Shown here one piece after another: positions 10,095 through 21,085 of a DNA stretch of 28,855 bases. How positions within the stretch are numbered: the first letter of the stretch is position 1; every line of letters starts with the position of its first letter. The stretch covers positions 3,146-32,000 of the forward strand of contig JAUNDF010000011.1 of assembly GCA_030526225.1 (NCBI GenBank), written 5' to 3'. Origin of the DNA: Clostridia bacterium (GTDB lineage Bacteria; Bacillota; Clostridia; Christensenellales; Aristaeellaceae). Below the pieces are notes generated by a model. The model worked only from the letters and a program-made list of their open reading frames with translations, was not told where the DNA came from and did no database searches. A program made the position numbers and the translations under genes.

Positions 10095-11255
10095 TTAATC
10101 CATGGTTTCCATCAATTCAACCAATAGCATATTTTGCAAATCCATGCCTTTGCGCGTAAGATGCCAACGCCCATCCTAACAGGCCATAAGCTGGCGCTGC
10201 TCCAAACTGAGCAATTGAGGATAGAAGCAGGTATCCTTCAGGGAAATCTGATGCATGGCAAAAAACTGCTCCTGCGATATCCCTTGATTGGTTCGCAGTC
10301 CAAGCATCAGCGTTTCAAACTGAGCATCCTTTCGGCTGATTGCTTCGCGGGGCAGCTGTGAAAAGCTTTTATTATCCACCATGCTGATATATCCGGCGAT
10401 ATCTGCCGGATTGGTCTGACGATAATACAGGTTCTGTTCATCAGAGCAATACAGCATGGAAGTGGACGAAGCGCCGATGCCAAGGTAGGGAATCTGCTGC
10501 CAATAGCCGAGGTTATGACGGCATTCGTAGCCTTCCAAAGCAAAATTGCTGATTTCGTATTGGTGGTAACCATTCTCCGAAAGCAGCTGCAGACAATGGT
10601 CATACATCAGCCGTTCCTCTTCATCCTCAGGCAGACGAAGCTTGCCGCAATCAAGGTCATTTTTCAGTGGCGTATTTTCTTCAGGGATTAAGCCGTAACA
10701 GCTTAAATGCGTGGGGGACAGGGCAATTGCCTTTTTTAATGTTTCGTCCCATTGTTCAAGGGTTTGTGTGGGCAGGCCAAACATCAAATCAAGATTGATG
10801 TTTCTGATTCCATGCCGTCTGATATCTGTTACTGCCTGCTGCACTTCATCAAAGGAATGAATCCTGCCGAGGATGCGTAAAAGCTCCGGCTGGGCGGCCT
10901 GCATACCAAGAGAGATTCGGTTGATGCCATTTTCAGCCGCAGCATCAAGCCAAGCATCCTTTAATGTACCGGGATTTGCCTCACTGGTGATTTCAGCATC
11001 TTCCGCAATGTGAAAGCATCTCTGCATATCCGTCAGCAGTTTTTTCAGCTGTGGCCCTGTCAACACGGAAGGGGTGCCGCCGCCAATGAATACAGAGGTG
11101 ACAGTCTCACCGGAAAAATGGTTGGAGTAATAGGCCATTTCCTTTTCCACAGCCTCAAGGTAACGATCTGCCATGGACAAAAAACCTGCGTAGGAAGGGA
11201 AATCGCAGTAGCGGCATTTCTGTTTACAAAACGGGATATGAATGTATAATTCCAT
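10095..11255 (-). CDS. hemW: Radical SAM heme chaperone HemW (HemN-like), with an in-frame TAG at 10176-10178
   Basis: CKQKCRYCDF radical-SAM motif near the N-terminus. Past the TAG the frame continues as DGRWHLTRKGMDLQNMLLVELMETMD to a TAA at 10095-10097. That tail matches the usual HemN_C end (...dG..v.LT.kG..l.N.v). The joined length is 386 aa. Confidence 0.85.
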
Positions 11256-11267
11256 GCTTTCACCTGA

Positions 11268-11864
11268 TTATGATGCAGTGTCGCAAAATCCAAGACACTC
11301 GCTGTCAATGGCGATATTCAGTACCTTTTTGTCATTCTTCAAGGCGTAGGTGACCGTGGAAAAAGTGCCGCCGCTGAAGCTGTTGAGATAGCAAACGACA
11401 AAGGAAGCGTGATTGACCATAAATCTGTTGCGGACATGCATGCATCCTGTATAGTACTTGCGGGACAGCAGAATGGTTTCGTCTGCCTGCTCCAGAATGG
11501 CATCGTATCGGGCTTTTTCCTCGGGATTCCATTTGGATGCCTGAGATTTGCAAGGGACGGCCACAATCAGCCGTACATCGTTGTTGTATTCGCGCAAGCG
11601 AATGACAGCCTCAGCAGCCAGTGTATCAAAGCCCAGTGCGCCGCCGGCAATGAAAAACCGATATCCTTGCTGGTACAGCTTTGCCAGTACATGGTCTAAT
11701 CGCAGGCCTACAGAAGCTTCTTCAGCCGCTGTAAGCCTGCGATGTCCGGTAAAGCACACACACTTATCGATATCCGATTTTAAATAATCAGGATCCAGAG
11801 CAGTAAACAGAATCTGCTTTTTTTCAAGCGTTAGTCTGTCTGGATGTTGTGTACGATATCGCAT
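11268..11864 (-). CDS. SLOG-fold DUF1273 (YpsA-like) protein
   Basis: CFTGHRRL and GGALGFD motifs are typical of DUF1273/YpsA. GAGG RBS, TAA stop. It sits between lepA and hemW on the same strand. Confidence 0.75.
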   Translation of the reverse strand: MRYRTQHPDRLTLEKKQILFTALDPDYLKSDIDKCVCFTGHRRLTAAEEASVGLRLDHVLAKLYQQGYRFFIAGGALGFDTLAAEAVIRLREYNNDVRLIVAVPCKSQASKWNPEEKARYDAILEQADETILLSRKYYTGCMHVRNRFMVNHASFVVCYLNSFSGGTFSTVTYALKNDKKVLNIAIDSECLGFCDTAS

Positions 11865-11878
11865 GAAATAGCCTCGAA

Positions 11879-13702
<1,824 letters not shown>

Positions 13703-13717
13703 AAAAGGATGATTGAA

Positions 13718-14464
13718 TTACATACCGGACATGAGCAAATCAAGAATGCCATATTGTTCCAGAAAACCGTAAAGGCTCTGATAGGTGGAAACGGGCAGTT
13801 CCTCCAGCACAGGCAGAGCCGTTTTGATAAATGGCTTCATGATGCGGTTGATGAATGTAAACAGCGATCTGTCATTGACTGACAGAATGTTGAACCCTGT
13901 GGCAGAAGCGGGACCGAAAACAGGGCATTGCGCTTCTTTGACGGTCATGGCGCCGTATGCGGTCAGCATGGGCGTTCCATCCTCTGCCCGAATCTGTGAA
14001 ATGGAGAAATTGTAGCCATCGCTCTTGCCGCTGAAGGCCACATCGAGACCAAGCCCGGATTCTTCCAATGCGGTGCCGCCGATGCGGATATGGCCGCTTA
14101 AATCAAATGTTGTGGGCAATGTTTCAGGCAGACCGTCAGCCAGAATATCAACGTAAAGAACAAGCTCGCCGGATTCGTTGGTAACCTTGGCATCGCATTT
14201 GTACAGGGTAGGGGAGTTGATGTAGTCGATGGTCACCGTGTTGCCGTTCAAATCGGGCGGCAAACGCAGCTGCCAGCTTTCGCTCTTGCCTTCTCTGACA
14301 CGGTCAAAGAGCACCATATCACCCATGGTATAGGTATCGCGGTTGCCGTCAAAGGTGACCAGAATGCCATCTTCGGGGACAACCTGTTCAAACCACACAG
14401 CGGTATTGGAGAGGGCATTCAGGATATACTCGTCAATGCCGGTTTGACTGCCCAACGCTTCCAC
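13718..14464 (-). CDS. Hypothetical protein, probably the C-terminal part of a frameshifted secreted protein
   Basis: 248-aa ORF with only a GTG start and no SD. It overlaps the upstream ORF by 46 nt in the -1 frame. TAA stop. Confidence 0.55.
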   Translation of the reverse strand: MEALGSQTGIDEYILNALSNTAVWFEQVVPEDGILVTFDGNRDTYTMGDMVLFDRVREGKSESWQLRLPPDLNGNTVTIDYINSPTLYKCDAKVTNESGELVLYVDILADGLPETLPTTFDLSGHIRIGGTALEESGLGLDVAFSGKSDGYNFSISQIRAEDGTPMLTAYGAMTVKEAQCPVFGPASATGFNILSVNDRSLFTFINRIMKPFIKTALPVLEELPVSTYQSLYGFLEQYGILDLLMSGM

Positions 14465-15075
14465 ATAATTGAGGAAAGGAATTCAGCAAGATCAAGCAGA
14501 TACCATTTGGGGATGACATGTGTGGTCTTGTCGCGTTCCATGACGTAGTACCAGGCGGCTCTTGTCCAGTCGACCGCCTGCCGCAGGTTGTCATTGGGCA
14601 GGGCCAGGGCAATATACTGCAGGGGCAAATCAAGCCGGGAGTAGGTTTTGATGGCAAATTCAACCAGCCCCTTGTAGTCAATCAACAGAGGCATATCTTC
14701 CCCGAACAGATTGCTCTTGATGGTCCAGTGGGAATCCTCGCCGAAAACCTTCAGGGTGACATCGGCCCGGTCATTAAACCTGAACACCAGATTGGTCATA
14801 AAGGAAGGACCGTAGCTGTCCCAAAGGCCTTCCACAGAGACAATATCCAGTGCATCGGCAACGCCGGTCAAAAGCTCCCGATCAGCTTCAGGATACGCCT
14901 GTGCGTTCATCTTAATCTTGCTGTTAAAGAAGAATGCAAATTTCGGGGTATTTTCATCGTAGATATATTCGTAATAATGCTCAGGCATTTGCTCTTCTTC
15001 TGCCAGAGAAAACAGTGGCAGAAGGCATATGACCAGGATAAAAGCGAGAATTCTCTTAAGCTTGTGAGCCATCAT
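14419..15075 (-). CDS. Hypothetical secreted protein, probably the N-terminal part of a frameshifted gene
   Basis: AAAGGAG RBS and signal peptide MMAHKLKRILAFILVICLLPLFSLA. I recognise no family. It ends in TGA inside the overlap with the next ORF. Confidence 0.6.
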   Translation of the reverse strand: MMAHKLKRILAFILVICLLPLFSLAEEEQMPEHYYEYIYDENTPKFAFFFNSKIKMNAQAYPEADRELLTGVADALDIVSVEGLWDSYGPSFMTNLVFRFNDRADVTLKVFGEDSHWTIKSNLFGEDMPLLIDYKGLVEFAIKTYSRLDLPLQYIALALPNDNLRQAVDWTRAAWYYVMERDKTTHVIPKWYLLDLAEFLSSIMWKRWAVKPALTSIS

Positions 15076-15106
15076 TAATTTGCTCCTTTAACTGCAGAAG
15101 TTGTAA

Positions 15107-16000
15107 TTATTCCTCGTCGACAACAGTCCAGTATGCGGGATCGCGGTCAATCAAATCATTGTAAAGGGTATCAACCAGCTGCTGCGTAGCGATATTGGCG
15201 ATGCCATTTACCTTCAAACCGTGTTTCTGCTGAAAAGTCTTTACAGCAGCTACGGTGGATGAACCATACACACCGTTGGCCTTTCCGTCATAGGCGCCAA
15301 TATAAATCAGCTTGTTTTGAAACTGCCGTACTTTTTCGCCCTCGCAGGGATACCGCATCGTGACATCCGCAACATCGTGTACCGTGCCATAGCCAAGGAT
15401 GGACTTGTCATACAGAGAATAAGCTGCCCGCTGAACACTGGTTGGGTTGTTGCCCTCGATGACATGAATCAGAATGTCATCGCCCTTGCGGGTGCAGTAT
15501 TCCACCATGGCCACATGGTCGGTGTCGGTACCGCTTGTCCAGGTGAAAAACATCCAGTCGCCGGGCTGGGGAATGTAATCACCTGTCTTGAGGAACTTGT
15601 CTTCACCTTTCAGCCATTGATATCCCCAGCCATCAATGTTGCCCCAACGGGTGATGTACCGCCCCTCTTTGATAAACCAGTTCTTGCCAACATTCTGGGC
15701 AGAGTACATGGGATATACATGATTGAGCAGCTGTGTGCCGTGCTGCCTGTCAACCTGATCGACACACCAGCACACAAATTCTGCACACCATTGGGCGTAT
15801 GGGTCGCCAGACCATTCGCCGTACTTGGAGTATCCGTGCGGCCCCTCTTTGTACCCGACTTCTTCGTCGGCGATGTCCAGCAGCCACGTGACATATTCCG
15901 GCACTTCCCATTGCGGCGGGATGTATTCCTCCTGCGCAAGGGCCAACGGACAGATAAGAAGCAGAACGACAAGCAGCGGCAATAAGCGGATGATTTTCAA
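15107..16000 (-). CDS. Secreted CHAP-domain peptidoglycan hydrolase with a C-terminal peptidoglycan-binding domain
   Basis: TTG start 9 nt after GGAAAGGAG gives the signal peptide (M)KIIRLLPLLVVLLLICPLALA. CHAP Cys context QWCAEFVCW and His context DHVAMV are present, plus a C-terminal PG_binding_1-like segment (GVYGSSTVAAVKTFQQKHGLKVNG). TAA stop. Confidence 0.8.
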   Translation of the reverse strand: MKIIRLLPLLVVLLLICPLALAQEEYIPPQWEVPEYVTWLLDIADEEVGYKEGPHGYSKYGEWSGDPYAQWCAEFVCWCVDQVDRQHGTQLLNHVYPMYSAQNVGKNWFIKEGRYITRWGNIDGWGYQWLKGEDKFLKTGDYIPQPGDWMFFTWTSGTDTDHVAMVEYCTRKGDDILIHVIEGNNPTSVQRAAYSLYDKSILGYGTVHDVADVTMRYPCEGEKVRQFQNKLIYIGAYDGKANGVYGSSTVAAVKTFQQKHGLKVNGIANIATQQLVDTLYNDLIDRDPAYWTVVDEE

Positions 16001-16032
16001 TGCCGGTTCAGCTCCTTTCCTTGAATCAGTCT

Positions 16033-16719
16033 TTATAAGATGACCGGTACCGTGTGGGTGATGGTCAATGTATCCGGTGTTGTGTGACATACGGCGCCAA
16101 TGATGTTTACGCCGCGGCTGTGGGCCAGACGAAGTGTATCGCCAAAGGCAGGGTGGGTGATATCATTGGGGGAAACGCTTATGATGTTGTCGCGCTGGAG
16201 GACGAAGCAAATGGCGGATTCATAGTCTGCTTCCTTCGCGGCAATCAGTTCGCGGATGTGTTTCACGCCTCGCTCTGTGGGCGCATCGGGGAAGAACGCT
16301 CTGTTTTCATCATCAAACAAGGTCACGCCCTTCACTTCTGCAAAACCGGCTTTGCCATCATGCTGCAGCGAAAAATCAAAGCGGGATTGTCCGAAGGTAA
16401 CCTCGCGCTTGAGCGTGTCGGGCACAAAACCAAGACCGCCCGCTGCAGCCCATTCCTCAAACACACGGTTGGGCGCCTGACTATCCATATTGACCACATA
16501 ACCCCGGGAAGAAACGCATACAAGGTCAAAGCGCGTCTTTCGTTTCGGGTCATTGCTTTCTTCAAGCCATACGGTGCAGCCGGGAATAAGCAGTTCGCGG
16601 CACCGACCGGTGTTTTTCACATGGCATACCACTTCTTCGCCGTTCAGCAAACAATGGGCAATAAAGCGATTGGAGCGGTAAAGAAATGCTGCTTCGTGAA
16701 TATGATGATACAGCTTCAT
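16033..16719 (-). CDS. sfsA: Sugar fermentation stimulation protein SfsA
   Basis: N-terminal FLYRSNRFIAHCLLNGEEVVCHVKNTGRCRELL is typical of SfsA. 228 aa, TAA stop. The start overlaps the VanW gene stop. Confidence 0.9.
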   Translation of the reverse strand: MKLYHHIHEAAFLYRSNRFIAHCLLNGEEVVCHVKNTGRCRELLIPGCTVWLEESNDPKRKTRFDLVCVSSRGYVVNMDSQAPNRVFEEWAAAGGLGFVPDTLKREVTFGQSRFDFSLQHDGKAGFAEVKGVTLFDDENRAFFPDAPTERGVKHIRELIAAKEADYESAICFVLQRDNIISVSPNDITHPAFGDTLRLAHSRGVNIIGAVCHTTPDTLTITHTVPVIL

Positions 16720-17864
16720 CAGTCAGCCCTGTAAATCAGCATCAGCAGTGCACCGTCATCGCTGGTGTGACCTTCCACGCGAATGGGGAAATCGTAATTG
16801 TTGCGGAAGCGCAGGTTCAGCTTGTCATTGCCGACTGCGGCATCCACGCCATGGGGCAGATACTTTGCGCCGTCTGCGCCATGGGGTCTGCGCTGCAGAA
16901 TGCCAATGCCGGGCAGCTGCAGCAAGGCGTTGTACAGCGTGGAGGAAACCTGACAGGTGCCACCGCCATAGCCAGGGACAGAGGTGCCATTAATCAGTAC
17001 CCATGCAGGCTGATAGCCGAGGGCTTTGCGATAGGGGCCCACGTGAGCGTTGAAATCAAGAATTTCACCGGGCTGCATCACGCGGGTCAGCCGGTCGCAT
17101 GCAACGCGGATGTTGATAATTCTGCCCTTGTTGATGTCTGTCTGCACCATGGTGTAGTAGGATGTATACGCGGCGATGGGAGAATCCTTTCTGGCGGGAT
17201 TGTCCGTTTCGGAAACGGGAATCAAGTCCGTCAGCTCATTCATGTTGATATAGCCATAGGTGCGCCAGTAGGGAACGATGGCCCAGCCGTTCTGCAGCTG
17301 CCAGATGCTCAGCATGGTACCGGGATTGAGAACCACCCAGCTGTCAGCGCTGTTGTCCATGGACTTGCGCACATGACACTCTGTTGCAGTGGTGGCAATG
17401 TAAGTGGATTTCTGTGCACCGTAGGGCGGTGTGTTCACGGGATCCACAGGCGTTACATTCAGCAGGCGCTTGCGCTTGACATAGCCGATGGCACCGTCAT
17501 AGCGACAGATGGTCCAGTTGGCACCAACATAGAGCACCTCTACCGTCACATTTTTGCTGCCGCAATATACCAAAGCCTTGCTCTTTACATTGCGCTCTGC
17601 ATACAGGATGGTATTGGAGGTCACCTTGCAGGTGTAAAGAGCGGGGGAAGACATGGTAAAATCAGAAAGGTTCTTTTCGTGATATACCTTGTCGGAGCTT
17701 TCGTCAGCGGCCGCGGCATCCTCGTCACTTTCGCTGACGGCATCCTCTGCCAGCAGCTCCTCCATCTGAGAATCGGAGAGTTCCTCCTCTTCGGTCTCTT
17801 CAGCGCAGGCAACGGAGAAAATCATCATAAAGGCCAAGGCAAAAGCAAGCAAACGTCTCAGCAT
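16719..17864 (-). CDS. VanW-family secreted protein with an acidic low-complexity region and SH3-like repeats
   Basis: Signal peptide, an E/D-rich stretch, then a VanW-like core (GYGGGTCQVSSTLYNALL). AGAGG RBS, TGA stop. Confidence 0.8.
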   Translation of the reverse strand: MLRRLLAFALAFMMIFSVACAEETEEEELSDSQMEELLAEDAVSESDEDAAAADESSDKVYHEKNLSDFTMSSPALYTCKVTSNTILYAERNVKSKALVYCGSKNVTVEVLYVGANWTICRYDGAIGYVKRKRLLNVTPVDPVNTPPYGAQKSTYIATTATECHVRKSMDNSADSWVVLNPGTMLSIWQLQNGWAIVPYWRTYGYINMNELTDLIPVSETDNPARKDSPIAAYTSYYTMVQTDINKGRIINIRVACDRLTRVMQPGEILDFNAHVGPYRKALGYQPAWVLINGTSVPGYGGGTCQVSSTLYNALLQLPGIGILQRRPHGADGAKYLPHGVDAAVGNDKLNLRFRNNYDFPIRVEGHTSDDGALLMLIYRAD

Positions 17865-17895
17865 AAAGCAACCTCTTTCAAAAACATTTCATATT

Positions 17896-17924
17896 ATTAT
17901 ACCATTTTAGACCTGTGCGTGCAA
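17896..17924 (-). promoter_or_regulatory. Sigma-70-type promoter for the VanW-sfsA transcription unit
   Basis: On the minus strand: TTGCAC, 17 nt spacer, TGgTATAAT (extended -10). Confidence 0.45.
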
Positions 17925-17999
17925 GCAAAACAAAGCGCACAATGGCTGAGTGAATGTAAAAAATGTGTTTCTCCGGCAGAAAACCAATCAGTCATTTGA

Positions 18000-18027
18000 T
18001 TGAAAAAAACGGAAGCTGTGCTATAAT
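18000..18027 (+). promoter_or_regulatory. Sigma-70-type promoter for the aminopeptidase gene
   Basis: TTGAAA, 16 nt spacer, TGcTATAAT (extended -10). Confidence 0.5.
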
Positions 18028-18086
18028 ACCATCAGGCTCCGATAATCTGAATATTCATTCAACTTTGAAAGGAATTGAAGCAACCT

Positions 18087-19478
18087 ATGTACAGAGAAAA
18101 TGCATGGAAAAAATATGATGCGGAAGAGCTTGCAAAGCTCAATGCCTTTGCAGAAAAATACAAAGACTACATTTCCACGGCCAAGACAGAGCGTGAATGT
18201 GTTGACGAATCTGTCAAGCTGGCAGAAGCAGCCGGTTTCCGTAATCTTGATGACTGCATCAGAAGCGGTGAAGCCCTGAAGGCCGGTGAACGCGTGTATC
18301 GCAACTGGATGGGCAAGGACTTTATGCTGTTTATTGTCGGCGAAAAGGGCCTTGAAGCGGGCATGAACATTCTGGGTGCACACATCGACTCTCCCAGAAT
18401 CGATGTCAAGCAGAATCCTGTCTATGAGGAAGCCGATATGGCATACCTTGATACCCACTACTATGGCGGCATCAAGAAGTACCAGTGGGTTTCCATTCCT
18501 CTGGCCATTCATGGTGTTGTGGTCAAGAAGGACGGCACAAAGGTGCAAATCAATATCGGCGAAAAGGACGATGACCCTGTATTCTACATCAGCGACCTGC
18601 TCATTCATCTGGCACAGGAACAGATGGGCAAAACTGCCGCAAAGGTCATTGAGGGCGAGGAACTGAATCTGCTGGTTGGTTCCATTCCGCTGGCTGATGA
18701 AGAAAAGGAGCCAGTGAAAGCCAATCTGCTGAAGATTCTCAGCGAGGAGTACGGCCTTGAGGAGCAGGATTTTGTCTCTGCCGAGCTGGAAATCGTGCCT
18801 GCCGGCAAGGCGCGTGATTTGGGCTTTGACCGCAGCATGATCATGGGCTATGGCCACGATGACCGCGTTTGCGCATATCCCTCCATGGCCGCTGTTCTTG
18901 ATTATGAGGGTACCCCCGAATACACGCTTTGCGCGGTGCTGACAGACAAGGAAGAAATCGGCAGTGTAGGTGCTACCGGCATGCAGTCCCGCTATTTTGA
19001 AAACACCGTTGCGGAACTGATGGCGCTCACCGGCACCATGACCGAGCTTGCGCTGCGCCGGGCAATGCAGAACAGCAGAATGCTCTCCTCCGATGTCAGC
19101 GCCGGCTTTGACCCTGCCTTTGCGGGCGTATTTGAAAAGAAAAATGCCGCTATTCTGGGCAATGGTGTGTGTTTTAACAAGTTCACCGGCCGCGGCGGAA
19201 AGTCCGGCAGCAACGATGCCAATGCAGAGTTTGTCGGTCAGGTCCGTGCCATTATGGATGAAGCCGGTGTATCCTTCCAGACAGCTGAACTGGGCAAGGT
19301 GGATGTTGGCGGCGGCGGAACAATCGCCTATATCTGTGCAAACTACGGCATGAACGTGATTGATGCCGGCGTGCCTGTGCTGAGCATGCATGCGCCCTGC
19401 GAAGTCATCAGCAAGGCTGATTTGTGGGAAGAGTACAAGTGCTACTGCGCATTCCTGAAGGGTGCAAAGGCGCTGTAA
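18087..19478 (+). CDS. M18-family aminopeptidase
   Basis: MYRENAWKKY...KTERECV...LGAHIDSPR is typical of clostridial M18 aminopeptidases. The ATG at 18087 is preferred over the TTG at 18075 because of spacing from the GAAAGGA RBS. TAA stop. Confidence 0.85.
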   Translation: MYRENAWKKYDAEELAKLNAFAEKYKDYISTAKTERECVDESVKLAEAAGFRNLDDCIRSGEALKAGERVYRNWMGKDFMLFIVGEKGLEAGMNILGAHIDSPRIDVKQNPVYEEADMAYLDTHYYGGIKKYQWVSIPLAIHGVVVKKDGTKVQINIGEKDDDPVFYISDLLIHLAQEQMGKTAAKVIEGEELNLLVGSIPLADEEKEPVKANLLKILSEEYGLEEQDFVSAELEIVPAGKARDLGFDRSMIMGYGHDDRVCAYPSMAAVLDYEGTPEYTLCAVLTDKEEIGSVGATGMQSRYFENTVAELMALTGTMTELALRRAMQNSRMLSSDVSAGFDPAFAGVFEKKNAAILGNGVCFNKFTGRGGKSGSNDANAEFVGQVRAIMDEAGVSFQTAELGKVDVGGGGTIAYICANYGMNVIDAGVPVLSMHAPCEVISKADLWEEYKCYCAFLKGAKAL

Positions 19479-19485
19479 TATAACG

Positions 19486-19521
19486 AAAAAAGCAAGACTG
19501 CCGGATGCAGTCTTGCTTTTT
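19486..19521. terminator. Bidirectional rho-independent terminator
   Basis: Stem AAGCAAGACTG / CAGTCTTGCTT, flanked by an A-run upstream and a T-run downstream. It lies between convergent genes. Confidence 0.75.
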
Positions 19522-19528
19522 GATTGCA

Positions 19529-20419
19529 TTATTTCTGTTCGCTGACCTTGGGGACGTGATACTCCAGCTTTCCGTCGAACTTTACGGACTCCGGAGGCGT
19601 TTCCAGCAGCTCGGGATGATCCATGTATTTCACCATGGAGGCAAAGAAGCCTGCATAATGTGCGCCGGAGCAAACGCGTTCGTCAGCAGTGATGCCGATG
19701 GGGAGATAGCGCTTCATGCGGGTTGCACCGTTTTCAACCACAGCCACCTTTTCCAGCAGACCCATGCCGAAGAACAGACTGGTAGAACCGAAGTTGTAGA
19801 TGTGATGATTTACATGGTGCAGACCGATGGATGCATTGTTGGTGATGTACATGCTGGTGTGGAAGGGAATCTCATCCAACAGGGCACCGGGGACCAGACC
19901 ATAGCGGTCCAGCAAACGCACGATGCCCACAATGCAGGTGGGCAGACCGGGGATGGAGAACAGCAGGTTCAGCAGCTTGTCCAGAAAGTTCTGCGTTTCA
20001 ACGCCGCGGTTGTTCTGAATGGCCAGGTTGATGCGGTCGCGCACATCATAGATGGTATCGGTCAGGTCAAACTTGATTTTCGTAGCAGTTTCGCCGCTTT
20101 CAGCATCCTGCGGGTCCTTCAGCAGGGTAAAGGATACGGTGCAGTTGTTGCGGGCGTAGAACTGCTTGTTCATGATGAAACGGTTGATTTCGGGGTTTTC
20201 GCTGATGGAACGCACAAATGCGGCAATGATGATTTGCATGAAGGTGATTTTTTCACCCTTGGCGCTTTGCTGGGCAATGTAACGGGCCATCTTTTCGTAA
20301 TCGGCACGGTGCTGCAGGAATACCTGAGCATCGCAGCGCATGGGCATCAGGTAAGGGGTGATGCGGACGGTGGGGTCGATGTTGGAAATCCGACGACCGT
20401 CGGCTCTTCTGCCAAACAT
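19529..20419 (-). CDS. Stand-alone 2-oxoacid dehydrogenase E2-like acyltransferase catalytic-domain protein
   Basis: 296 aa with no lipoyl or subunit-binding domain. The C-terminal ITADERVCSGAHYAGF aligns with the E2 DHRxxDGA motif. GGAGGAAA RBS, TAA stop. Confidence 0.7.
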   Translation of the reverse strand: MFGRRADGRRISNIDPTVRITPYLMPMRCDAQVFLQHRADYEKMARYIAQQSAKGEKITFMQIIIAAFVRSISENPEINRFIMNKQFYARNNCTVSFTLLKDPQDAESGETATKIKFDLTDTIYDVRDRINLAIQNNRGVETQNFLDKLLNLLFSIPGLPTCIVGIVRLLDRYGLVPGALLDEIPFHTSMYITNNASIGLHHVNHHIYNFGSTSLFFGMGLLEKVAVVENGATRMKRYLPIGITADERVCSGAHYAGFFASMVKYMDHPELLETPPESVKFDGKLEYHVPKVSEQK

Positions 20420-20471
20420 ACTGTTTCCTCCAAAATTGAATCAATTGCGAGCTTAAAAAATCGAATAAAAC

Positions 20472-20509
20472 AAAAAACCGCAATCCATATTTTAACATGA
20501 CGATTGCGG
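20472..20509 (-). terminator. Rho-independent terminator after scpB
   Basis: On the minus strand: CCGCAATC, 16-nt loop, GATTGCGG, then TTTTTT. Confidence 0.6.
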
Positions 20510-20521
20510 CGGGTCAAGTCA

Positions 20522-21085
20522 TTACGCGATGATTTCGGGGTGTTCGCCCTCATCCTTTTCCTGTGCTGGATTTTCGGGCATGGGCGGGAGCTCGTCCAAA
20601 TCGGAAATGCCGAAATGGCTCAGGAATTCGTCGGTGGTTCCATACAGAATCGGGCGGCCCAGGGTATCCTTACGGCCAACCTCTGCAATCAGATTCTTGT
20701 TAACCAATGCCTGTACAGAGTAGTCGCACTTTACACCGCGGATTTGCTCGATTTCGGCCTTGGTCACCGGCTGCTTGTAGGCAATCACCGCCAGCGTTTC
20801 CATGATGGTTTGGGACAGGGATTGCTTTTGTACGGGCTGCAGCATATGCACCACATCCTCGGCATACAGGGCGCGGGTGGTCAGCTGCACATGCTTGCCG
20901 AACTGCTTGATGGCAAAGCCACGCTGATTGTAATCATAATCGCTTTTTAAGGCTTCAATCGCCTTGTTCAGCTCGCCTATGGTGCAGCCGATGGCCTTTG
21001 CCAGGTCATCCAGCCGAACGGCTTCTCCGGCAACAAACAGAATCGCCTCAATCTTGCCCTCAATGGTGCCGTTTTCGTTATTCAT
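20522..21085 (-). CDS. scpB: Segregation and condensation protein B
   Basis: IEAILFVAGEAV...LSQTIMETLAVIAYKQPVTKAEIEQIRGV...GRPILYGTT is typical of ScpB. It overlaps the scpA end by 8 nt. TAA stop. Confidence 0.95.
   Translation of the reverse strand: MNNENGTIEGKIEAILFVAGEAVRLDDLAKAIGCTIGELNKAIEALKSDYDYNQRGFAIKQFGKHVQLTTRALYAEDVVHMLQPVQKQSLSQTIMETLAVIAYKQPVTKAEIEQIRGVKCDYSVQALVNKNLIAEVGRKDTLGRPILYGTTDEFLSHFGISDLDELPPMPENPAQEKDEGEHPEIIA

Noticed and set aside
15107-16090. The upstream ATG at 16090 as the start of the CHAP-domain gene (327 aa).
   Set aside because: That start would overlap the 3' end of sfsA by 58 nt and add a His-rich non-signal N-terminus. The TTG at 16000 has a GGAAAGGAG RBS at proper spacing and begins directly with a signal peptide.
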